Assembly (NCBI GenBank): GCA_036149055.1
Contig: JAYZQJ010000011.1
Coordinates: 1 to 29,970 of the forward strand
Source: Myxococcota bacterium
GTDB taxonomy: Bacteria > Myxococcota_A > Polyangia > Polyangiales > Sandaracinaceae
Direction of reading: 5' to 3'
DNA: 29,970 nucleotides
The notes under the pieces are model-generated. The model was not told where the DNA came from and made no database searches. It was given only the letters and a program-made list of their open reading frames with translations. Positions within the stretch are counted from its first letter, which is position 1, and every line of letters begins with the position of its first letter. Below are positions 1 through 7,759 of the stretch, piece after piece. Both the position numbers and the translations under genes were made by a program.

Positions 1-54
1 GCCCTCCCGCTCGAAGACATGACGCCCGCGGCCTTCAAGGCGACCTTCAGCTAA
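1..54 (+). CDS. 3' end of a CDS entering the window (…ALPLEDMTPAAFKATFS*)
   Basis: Frame 1 is open from base 1 to TAA at 52-54, with G/C at nearly every third position. Too short to assign a function. Confidence 0.6.
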   Translation, partial: ALPLEDMTPAAFKATFS

Positions 55-128
55 TCAGCGCGAGCTCCGCGTCGACGGCGTCCCTCGCGCTCGCGCGCCC
101 TGCACCCCGCCTTCGCTGATCGGTCACA

Positions 129-219
129 AAGCGCGACGCGCCGACGGAGTCGGGAGGGGGGCCCCATTGGCGCTTTGCCCACTGGGGGGAGGGTTTGCAC
201 CAAACCCTCCAAGAAGCTC
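129..219. repeat. REP-like double-hairpin intergenic repeat, copy 1
   Basis: Near-identical to 13839-13929. Hairpins are CCCCATTGG-N8-CCACTGGGG (162-187, one mismatch) and GGAGGGTTTG-CAC-CAAACCCTCC (188-210). It lies between convergent genes. Confidence 0.85.
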
Positions 220-2554
220 AGCTGATCGGCTCGAGATCCCAGACCGGGTCCAGCCACACCTGGAAGGAGAGCACGGCGGCGACGTCGGGCTCGTCGCCAC
301 GGTCGACCTCGAGGTCGACGCCGAGGCGCGCGGCGAGCTCGCGGTCGAAGCGCGCGAACGCGGCCTGCAGCGCCTCGCTCGCGCCGGTCGGGTACACGGG
401 GAGACACACCAGGGTGCGCGTCTCGGAGAAGGCGACGAGCTGGCGGGCGACGACCTGCCCCGCCGCGTCGCGCGCGTAGACGACCCGCTTGTTGACGTCG
501 AGCGCGACGCCGGCGGCGTCGTCGGCGAAGCCGGCTCCGAGGCCCAAGCAGCTCCCGACGTAGGTGCCGAGGCGCAGGACCTCGAGCGGGTCGCGCTCGA
601 ACGCGAGGGTCAGGGCGCCGTGCCCGGGCACGTCCTCGTTTCGGCGCACGCCCTCCCGCCACGCCGCGACGTCGAGCGAGGGGTGCCGGGCGTACCAGGC
701 GCGGGAGGCCGGGTGCCGCTCGACCCACTCCCGATCCCCGCGCAGCGCGGCCTGGAGCATCCTGCGGAGGCCGCGTCGGTGCCGTCCGGCCCGCGCGAGC
801 AGCGCGGCGGCGTGGGCCACCGCCTCGTCGTCGGGGGCGCCCGCCGCGCCGTAGAGCGCGCGGTCGAGCCCGTCCTCGATCGCGTCGAGCTGCGCGAGCC
901 ACCACCGCGCTCGGGCCCGCGCGCGGTGGCGGACGAGCTGCCCGGGCCGGAGCCGCAGCCTCCCCTCGGCGTGATCCCGGAGCGCGCGCGAGAACGGGTC
1001 CCGTCGGCGCGGCGCGGCCAGCGCTTCGGTCCACTGCGCTTCCGTCTCGGGCGGGTCGAACGACGGATCCCGGATCGCGTCCCCCGCGATCTGCGCGGCG
1101 CGCGCGGCCGGCAGGAGCCCGAGACGCCTCGCCAGCCGGAGCAGCGCCGCCGGGTGCGCGCGCAATGTCGCCCGGGTCCACGGCGAGGCGACCTCTCCGA
1201 GCGCCTCGAGCCCTCGCAGCACGCACGCCGCCTTGGCGTCGCTCGACACCGCCGCGTCGATCGCGTCGAGGACCGACGCGTCCGCGACCGGCTCCCCGCC
1301 GACGAGGAGGAGGGCCAGCGCGACGTCCGGGTCCCGGTCTCCGACCAGCGGCAGGAGCGCGAGCGCGCGGGCCGACGTCGCGTCGCGCGGGTCCGAGGTG
1401 AGGCGCCAGGCCGACTGGGGATGCACGCGCCCGTCGGCCACGATCTGCGCGAGCGCCGGCGACAGCTCCCGCCAGCGCGCGTCGGGGTAGCACGCCAGCG
1501 CCGAGAGGACCGATCCCCACTCCGCGCGGTGCGCGGGCGGGAGGTCGAGGGTGGCGCGCAGGAGCGGCTCGAGGTCGGGCCGCGCGCCGAGGGCAAACCA
1601 GGCGCGGGCCAGGACGTTGCCGACGTACTCCCCGTCGAGATCGAAGACCGCGGCGAGGAACGCGGCGTCGACCTGGCCGACCGGCGCGGCCTCGAAGTCC
1701 CAGGCCGAAGGGTGCGGACACCGCGCGGCGAGCGCGACTCCGGACGCCGCGTACGCCGGGCTCGCGCCCCGAGCGAGCAGGGACACGAGACCGGAGAGGT
1801 GCTCGCCCTGGCCCTCGCTTCGTCTCTCGAACCGTGCCTCGATGCGGTGCAGCGCCTCCTCGAGCGGCGGGAGCTCGAGGTCGGCGAGCGACGGCTGCGC
1901 GGCGAGCGCGCCGAGGAGCGCGCGCCCCCCGGTCGAGAGCCGCGCGAGCACCGCGTCCCAGAGCCGCGCCCCGCCGGCGGCCGCCACCGCGGCGAGCTCG
2001 ACCCCGGCGTCGGGCCAGGCGCCGACGATCGCCTCCCAGCGCCCGCGGGCTCGCTCCACCTCGGGCCACGGCGCGCCCCGGAGCGACGGGAGCACCCAGG
2101 CGCGGAAGCGGGGCGGCAGCCCGTCGAGATCGCCCGCGTCGCCTCCGGGGTGATGCGCCTCGAGGTAGGGATCCGGCTCGAGCGCCACCCCCGCCGCGCG
2201 CACCGAGGCGGCGCGATCCAGAAAGGGGCGCAGGTCGACGCGCGGCCGCGCCGCCTTGGGCGGCTGGCGCTTCGTGCCCCGGAACGCGCGCGGGTTCGCG
2301 GCGGTCGGGCGCGGCGGCGCGGGGATCGGTCGCCCGGCGGGCGGCGGCGTGCGAGGCCAGCCGTCGGGCGCGGGCAGCGTGTCCCGCCAGAGCGCGACGA
2401 GCGCGTCCACGTCCCGCTCGAGATCGAAGCGCGCCAGGCGCTCGATCGGGCCGGCGTCGAGCGCCTCCTCCTCGAGCCGTACGCCCTGGTCCCGGACCAG
2501 CCACAGCCGGCTGCGCCCCTCGGGCCGGCGCAGGAGGGTGATGAGCGTTCGCAC
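218..2554 (-). CDS. Hypothetical protein (~778 aa) with a conserved-looking C-terminal domain, possibly PcfJ-like
   Basis: GTG at 2554 is preceded by GAGGAG, and codon bias is strong. The C-terminus ERDPLEVLRLGTYVGSCLG…DVNKRVVYARD…VARQL looks like a conserved domain; the family name is an inference. Confidence 0.75.
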   Translation of the reverse strand: MRTLITLLRRPEGRSRLWLVRDQGVRLEEEALDAGPIERLARFDLERDVDALVALWRDTLPAPDGWPRTPPPAGRPIPAPPRPTAANPRAFRGTKRQPPKAARPRVDLRPFLDRAASVRAAGVALEPDPYLEAHHPGGDAGDLDGLPPRFRAWVLPSLRGAPWPEVERARGRWEAIVGAWPDAGVELAAVAAAGGARLWDAVLARLSTGGRALLGALAAQPSLADLELPPLEEALHRIEARFERRSEGQGEHLSGLVSLLARGASPAYAASGVALAARCPHPSAWDFEAAPVGQVDAAFLAAVFDLDGEYVGNVLARAWFALGARPDLEPLLRATLDLPPAHRAEWGSVLSALACYPDARWRELSPALAQIVADGRVHPQSAWRLTSDPRDATSARALALLPLVGDRDPDVALALLLVGGEPVADASVLDAIDAAVSSDAKAACVLRGLEALGEVASPWTRATLRAHPAALLRLARRLGLLPAARAAQIAGDAIRDPSFDPPETEAQWTEALAAPRRRDPFSRALRDHAEGRLRLRPGQLVRHRARARARWWLAQLDAIEDGLDRALYGAAGAPDDEAVAHAAALLARAGRHRRGLRRMLQAALRGDREWVERHPASRAWYARHPSLDVAAWREGVRRNEDVPGHGALTLAFERDPLEVLRLGTYVGSCLGLGAGFADDAAGVALDVNKRVVYARDAAGQVVARQLVAFSETRTLVCLPVYPTGASEALQAAFARFDRELAARLGVDLEVDRGDEPDVAAVLSFQVWLDPVWDLEPIS

Positions 2555-2699
2555 GGTGTCCTGCTCCTCGGAGGGGAATACCGTCCTGGCAGGGGTGGGG
2601 CAAGCGCCGGCCTTCGAGCGATCCGATGGGGGGCATCGAAGGATTGGACCTTTCGGATCGGAGCCTCGATCCCATGATGAGGGCACCGAAAGGAAGACG

Positions 2700-3626
2700 A
2701 TGGGACTCCTGGTCGAAGGCGAATGGAAGGATCGGTGGTACGACACCGAGGAGAGCGGCGGCCGCTTCGTGCGCGGCGAGGCGAAGTTCCGCAAGTGGGT
2801 GAAGCGCGGAGATCCGGAGCACCCGCCGGAGCCCGGCCGCTACCACCTCTACGTCGCCAACGCCTGCCCGTGGGCGCATCGCACGCTCATCTACCGGAGC
2901 CTGCTCGGCCTCGAGGACGCGATCTCGGTGAGCGTGGTCGCGCCCGACATGCTCGAGAACGGCTGGGAGTTCGACGACACGCACCCCGACCACCTGTTCG
3001 GCAGCCGCTTCCTCTACGAGGTCTATCTGAAGGCGGACCCGCGCGTCAGCGGCCGGGTCACGGTGCCGGTCCTCTGGGACAAGGAGAAGCAGACCATCGT
3101 CAACAACGAGTCGAGCGAGATCATCCGCATGCTCGACGAGGAATTCGGCGCCGACGCCCTCGACCTGCGCCCGGAGCCGCTGCGCGACGAGATCGACCGG
3201 ATCAACCCGCGCGTCTACGACGACATCAACAACGGCGTCTACAAGGCGGGCTTCGCCACCACCCAGCAGGCCTACGACGAGGCGGTCACCGCGCTCTTCG
3301 AGGCGCTCGACTGGCTCGAGGGGCACCTCGACGGGAAGACCTACCTCGTCGGCGAGCAGCTGACGGAAGCCGACGTGCGTCTCTTCACCACCCTGCTCCG
3401 CTTCGACCCGGTCTATCACGTGCACTTCAAGTGCGACCGGCGCCGCATCTCCGACTACCCGAACCTCTGGCGCCTCACCCGGCGCATCTACCAGATGCCC
3501 GAGGTGAAGAGGACGGTGAACATGGGCGAGATCCGGCGGCACTACTTCTACAGCCACGAGTCGGTGAACCCGCACCGCATCGTGCCGATCATGCCCGACG
3601 TCGACTTCGACGCGCCGCTCGACTGA
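2700..3626 (+). CDS. yqjG: Glutathionyl-hydroquinone reductase (GST Xi/omega-like, YqjG/ECM4 family)
   Basis: MGLLVEGEW start, RYHLYV..ACPWAHR catalytic motif, TVPVLWDK, IVNNESSEII, INNGVYKAGFA, FTTLLRFDPVY, NPHRIVP. AGGA precedes ATG 2700. Confidence 0.93.
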   Translation: MGLLVEGEWKDRWYDTEESGGRFVRGEAKFRKWVKRGDPEHPPEPGRYHLYVANACPWAHRTLIYRSLLGLEDAISVSVVAPDMLENGWEFDDTHPDHLFGSRFLYEVYLKADPRVSGRVTVPVLWDKEKQTIVNNESSEIIRMLDEEFGADALDLRPEPLRDEIDRINPRVYDDINNGVYKAGFATTQQAYDEAVTALFEALDWLEGHLDGKTYLVGEQLTEADVRLFTTLLRFDPVYHVHFKCDRRRISDYPNLWRLTRRIYQMPEVKRTVNMGEIRRHYFYSHESVNPHRIVPIMPDVDFDAPLD

Positions 3627-3647
3627 AGAGGCACTACCCTCCGGGCC

Positions 3648-5255
3648 ATGAAGGACGGACGGCCCTGGAGCAAGGACATCCCCGACGGCCCGTGGGACTA
3701 CCTGGTCATCGGCTCGGGCATGGGGGGCATGACCACCGCCGCCCTGCTCGCGAAGCTCGGCAAGCGCGTGCTGGTGCTCGAGCAGCACTACGTGCCCGGC
3801 GGCTTCACGCACATGTTCAAGCGCCCGGGGTACGCCTGGGACGTGGGCGTGCACGCGGTCGGCGAGGTCACCGCGCACAGCCTCACCGGCCGCATCCTCG
3901 AGGCGCTCACCGACGGCCAGCTCGAGTGGGCCTCGCTCGGCCCCGTCTACGACGAGTTCCACTACCCCGAGGGCTTCCGGATCGACTTCCCGGACTCGCC
4001 TCGGCAGTTCCGCGAGAACCTGGTGGAGGCGTTCCCGGACGAGGTCGAGGCGATCGACGCCTACCTGCACCTCGCGCGCTCGGTCTCGAAGAGCATGAAG
4101 ACCTACTACCTGGCGCGCATGGCCCCGGCGCGCTTCGGGGGCATGCTCGACAAGCTCTTCGCCAAGGACGCGCAGCGGCACCTCACGACGAAGACCCGCG
4201 ACGTCATCGAGGGGCTGACCGAGGACCCGCGGCTGCGCGCGGTGTTCGCGGCGCAGTGGGGCTACTACGGCTCGACCCCGAGCCGCTCCTCGTTCGCGAT
4301 CCAGGCGCTCGTCGTGAAGCACTTCATGCACGGCGGCTACTACCCCAAGGGCGGCGCCGGACAGATCGCGCGCACCCTCCTGCAGACGGTGGCGGACGCG
4401 GGCGGCTGGACGGCCATCGGCGCCGACGTGCAGGAGATCCTGGTCGAGGGCGGCCGCGCGGTCGGGGTCCGGCTCGAGGGCGATCGTGAGGTGCGCGCCG
4501 ATCGGGTGATCAGCGCCGCCGGCGTGGCCTCCACCGTCGCGCGGCTCCTGCCCCCGCCCTACTCCGACGACGCGTGGGCGCGCTCGGTCGAGGCGCTCGA
4601 GCCGGCCCCCGCGCACGTCTGCCTCTACCTCGGCTTCGAGGGCGACATCCGCGAGGCGGGAGCGAGCGGCGCCAACAAGTGGTTCTACGAGACCTGGGAC
4701 ACCGAGGCCGAGGGGTGGAGCGTCGACCCCGAGGCCGAGGAGCTCGGGCGCGCGCCGGTGCTCTACTGCTCGTTCCCCTCGCTCAAGGATCCGGAGCACG
4801 ACCCGGGCGAGCGCGTCCGGCACACCGGCGAGGTCGTCACCTTCGTGCCCTACTCCGTCTTCGCGCCCTGGCGGGACGAGCGCTGGAAGAAGCGCGGCCC
4901 CGACTACCAGGCGTTCAAGGAGCGGCTGAAGGAGCGGATGCTCGAGCAGTTCCTGGAGCACATGCCGGAGCTCCGGCCGATGATCCGCTACGTCGAGCTG
5001 TCCACGCCGGTGAGCACCGAGCACTTCGTCCGCCCCATGCAGGGCTCGATCTACGGGATCGAGCCGACGCCGGGGCGCTTCGAGAACCGCTGGCTCCGGC
5101 CGCGCGCGCCGATCGACGGCCTCTTCTTCAGCGGCTCGGAGGTCGCCACCGTCGGCGTCATCGGGGCGATGATGGGCGGCGTGCTGAGCGCGGTGAGCGC
5201 GGAGCCGGTCGAGGCGGTCCGCTACCTCGCGCCGCTCATGCGCCGAGGTGCCTGA
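3648..5255 (+). CDS. NAD(P)/FAD-dependent oxidoreductase, phytoene dehydrogenase / all-trans-retinol 13,14-reductase (RETSAT)-like
   Basis: DYLVIGSGMGG dinucleotide-binding motif, VLEQHYVPGGFTH, DVGVH, GGYYPKGG, FPSLKDP, ELSTPVS…GSIYG. Confidence 0.88.
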   Translation: MKDGRPWSKDIPDGPWDYLVIGSGMGGMTTAALLAKLGKRVLVLEQHYVPGGFTHMFKRPGYAWDVGVHAVGEVTAHSLTGRILEALTDGQLEWASLGPVYDEFHYPEGFRIDFPDSPRQFRENLVEAFPDEVEAIDAYLHLARSVSKSMKTYYLARMAPARFGGMLDKLFAKDAQRHLTTKTRDVIEGLTEDPRLRAVFAAQWGYYGSTPSRSSFAIQALVVKHFMHGGYYPKGGAGQIARTLLQTVADAGGWTAIGADVQEILVEGGRAVGVRLEGDREVRADRVISAAGVASTVARLLPPPYSDDAWARSVEALEPAPAHVCLYLGFEGDIREAGASGANKWFYETWDTEAEGWSVDPEAEELGRAPVLYCSFPSLKDPEHDPGERVRHTGEVVTFVPYSVFAPWRDERWKKRGPDYQAFKERLKERMLEQFLEHMPELRPMIRYVELSTPVSTEHFVRPMQGSIYGIEPTPGRFENRWLRPRAPIDGLFFSGSEVATVGVIGAMMGGVLSAVSAEPVEAVRYLAPLMRRGA

Positions 5256-5769
5256 GCAGGATCCGGGTCTCGACGATCTGGAAGTGCAGGTCGCCGAAGC
5301 GGAGCATGTCGCCGGCCACCGCGAAGACCGGCTTCGTGATGCGCTCCCCGTCGATGTCCGAGCCGTTCTGCGAGCCCGCGTCCTCGACCCAGAAGCCGTC
5401 GTTCTCGGCCCGGAGCCGGGCGTGGAGCTTCGAGACGCTCGGGTGCTCGAGCACGACGTCGTTGCTGGAGGCGCGCCCGACCAGCAGCACCCCCGGGAAG
5501 AACGTCGAGCTGCGCTTGGTGAGCGGGTGCACCACCGCGCGGCCGAAGTCGATCGGCGCGGGGGGATGCTCGGTCGGGCTCCGCACGCCGGTGCTGAAGC
5601 TCCAGCGCTGGCCCTCGAGGTCGAGCGTGCCCTCGTCCGAGACGAGCGAGAGCTTGCCGAGCTTGGCGGCGACGACCTCTCGCCCGGTGCTCCTCATCCA
5701 CTCGGCGAGCAGAGACGTCTTCCAGGGCGGGCTGCTGGACCGTAGTGGCGGTGGCGTGGAGCGCTTCAT
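5236..5769 (-). CDS. FHA domain-containing protein
   Basis: FHA signature VGRASSNDVVL-HPSVSKLHA-VEDAGSQNGSDIDG…LRFGD. Overlaps the 3' end of the convergent gene by 20 bp. Confidence 0.88.
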   Translation of the reverse strand: MKRSTPPPLRSSSPPWKTSLLAEWMRSTGREVVAAKLGKLSLVSDEGTLDLEGQRWSFSTGVRSPTEHPPAPIDFGRAVVHPLTKRSSTFFPGVLLVGRASSNDVVLEHPSVSKLHARLRAENDGFWVEDAGSQNGSDIDGERITKPVFAVAGDMLRFGDLHFQIVETRILLRHLGA

Positions 5770-5827
5770 CGTTCGCGCGCGACCTTCAGGCGCGAGCCGG
5801 CAGGATAGCGCGGGCGCGGATTCACGC

Positions 5828-6151
5828 TCAAGGCCGCAGCGCGCCGCCCCGCTCGAGCAGCTCGCCGACGTAGGCGCCGAGGGCGCGGGTCAGGTCGCTG
5901 CCCGGATCGAGCAGGGAGAGGCCGGCGCCGGCCGGGTGCACGTAGCGGACCTCGGCGCGCGCCTCGAGCGCCGCCCCACGCGGCAGCTCGATGCGGAGCG
6001 GCAGCTCGCCGCCGACCTCGAGGTCGCTGGCCGAGACGCCGAACCCGCCGACGCTCACGTCGACCACGCCGAGCTCGCGGTCCCCGCTGCGCACCGTGAT
6101 GGGATAGTCGGGCTGCGGCTGCGCCCGCACGAAGCGTCGTCGTTCTTCCAC
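5828..6151 (-). CDS. PilZ domain protein (c-di-GMP receptor type)
   Basis: ERRRFVR (RxxxR) and DVSVGG (DxSxxG) motifs, plus AEVRY…GLSL. GTG start at 6151 gives 107 aa. Confidence 0.85.
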   Translation of the reverse strand: MEERRRFVRAQPQPDYPITVRSGDRELGVVDVSVGGFGVSASDLEVGGELPLRIELPRGAALEARAEVRYVHPAGAGLSLLDPGSDLTRALGAYVGELLERGGALRP

Positions 6152-6183
6152 CGCGCAGAGAGTATCCGCCCCGCGCGCGGAAG

Positions 6184-7026
6184 TCAGCCTGCGAGCGCCC
6201 AGGCGACGGCCTCGTCGTCGACCGGGGAGACGATCTCGACCACCGGAGCCACCGCCTCCTCGCGCGGGAGCGGCTCGGCGGCGGTCACGGGCAGGGCCAC
6301 ACAGGCCACGCCGCGGCCGAAGCGCTGCACGCGGTGGGCGTCGACCACGACCGGATCGAAGCCGCGCGCCCGGAGCAACGCCATCACCGTCGGCGTGCCC
6401 TGGGCCATCACGCAGCAGGTGCCGACCCGGGTCCAGCGCAGCCCGCCGGCGAGCGCCTCGGCGTGCGGGACCATGAGGTGCGGCTGGTGCGGGAACAGCT
6501 GGCGGAGCTGGAAGCGGCCGAGCGGCGTGAAGGCGCTGGGCGCGACCATCAGCGCGCCGTCGGGCAGGGCGTGCACGGCGGCCTCGAGCCCGGGGAAGCC
6601 GGCGTCGAGCTGCACCTCCTCCACGCGCAGGCGGGTGGCCCGGGCGAGCGCCCGACAGAAGCGGCGGCCGCGCGGCGCCTCGCGGTAGGCGACCAGCAGC
6701 AGGTCGCCGACGCGGATCACGTCGCCCGGCGAGAGCGAGGCGGGCGCGCGGGTCACCACGAAGCCGTGGCTCGCGAGCGCCTGCCACAGGCCGACCGGGG
6801 CGTCCTCGCCGGCGCTCGCGAACACGAGCGCGCGCGGCCCGGTCGAGCCCATCCACGGCAGCACGCGCTCCCGCAGGAACGGTCGGTCCGCCGGCGCGGG
6901 CAGGCGGACGAGCTGCGCCCCGCAGTCGCGGAGACGACGGCCGAGCGCGTGGAGCTGAGGCGCGAGCGCGGCGCCCTCGGGCGTGCGTGGGGCACGCGGG
7001 ACCAGGACCGGGGTGAGCTGCTTCAT
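6184..7026 (-). CDS. Amidinotransferase/DDAH (pentein)-fold protein with degenerate active-site motifs
   Basis: Motif order matches the family (PFLRE ~ FxRD; SPGDVI ~ EGGD; FPGLEA ~ xHLD; GRGVACVALP ~ GGxxC). ATG at 7026. Confidence 0.6.
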   Translation of the reverse strand: MKQLTPVLVPRAPRTPEGAALAPQLHALGRRLRDCGAQLVRLPAPADRPFLRERVLPWMGSTGPRALVFASAGEDAPVGLWQALASHGFVVTRAPASLSPGDVIRVGDLLLVAYREAPRGRRFCRALARATRLRVEEVQLDAGFPGLEAAVHALPDGALMVAPSAFTPLGRFQLRQLFPHQPHLMVPHAEALAGGLRWTRVGTCCVMAQGTPTVMALLRARGFDPVVVDAHRVQRFGRGVACVALPVTAAEPLPREEAVAPVVEIVSPVDDEAVAWALAG

Positions 7027-7183
7027 GCCGAACCCTCTCAGCAAGTTCCGATCCGCGGTGGGGGCGCGACTTTCCAGGCGCGGCGAAACCCCGCGTAGTC
7101 GGGGCAACCGGCCCCGCGCGTCGTGAATTGCCCCTCGCGACGTCCCGCAGGAAATGCGATCCTCGGCCTCGAAGGAGACAACC

Positions 7184-7759
7184 ATGCGCCACCTCTCTCG
7201 GGCTCTCCTCTTCGCCGCCGCCCTCGGGCTGACCGCGGCCTCCGCCGTCAGCGTCGCCGAGGCGCAGTCGGTCGATATCCGGCGGCCACACACCGGCAGC
7301 CGCCCGTTCCAGCTCGACATACACGGCGGCTTCACCTGGTGGGGCGTCGGCGCCGCGACCGGCGTCCGCTTCGGCATCCCGATCGTGGAGAACGGCTTCG
7401 TCGACTCGATCAACAACGCCGTCTACCTGAACTTCGGCGGCGACTTCTACTTCGTCCGCTCGCGCTGCGTCGCCAACGGGCGCGGCAACTGCGACTGGGA
7501 CTACGGGCCGGGCTTCGGCTTCCCGGTGACCCTGCACTGGGAGTTCTACTTCAACGAGCGCTGGTCGGCGTTCGCCGAGATCGGCGGGCAGTTCTTCATC
7601 CACCCGCGCTTCGTCAACGGCGAGCGCTACGACGTCTACGAGGCCGGCTACTGGTTCATCTGGACGGTCGGCGGCAGCCTCCACCTCACCGAGAACGTGC
7701 TCCTGACCCTCCGGGTCGGCTCCCCCTACATCGCGTTCGGCGTCACCTTCCAGTTCTGA
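7184..7759 (+). CDS. Secreted outer-membrane beta-barrel protein
   Basis: AAGGAG RBS, signal peptide ending AEA/Q, alternating aromatic/Gly beta-strands, and C-terminal FGVTFQF (BAM-type terminal Phe). Confidence 0.8.
   Translation: MRHLSRALLFAAALGLTAASAVSVAEAQSVDIRRPHTGSRPFQLDIHGGFTWWGVGAATGVRFGIPIVENGFVDSINNAVYLNFGGDFYFVRSRCVANGRGNCDWDYGPGFGFPVTLHWEFYFNERWSAFAEIGGQFFIHPRFVNGERYDVYEAGYWFIWTVGGSLHLTENVLLTLRVGSPYIAFGVTFQF

Noticed and set aside
51..5024. 1657-aa minus-strand ORF and similar giants (12644-17824, 14791-17874, 167-2677, 20193-22340)
   Set aside because: These are antisense or off-frame shadows of recognisable genes. Their Arg/Gly/Pro-rich composition is expected where stop codons are scarce in high-GC DNA.
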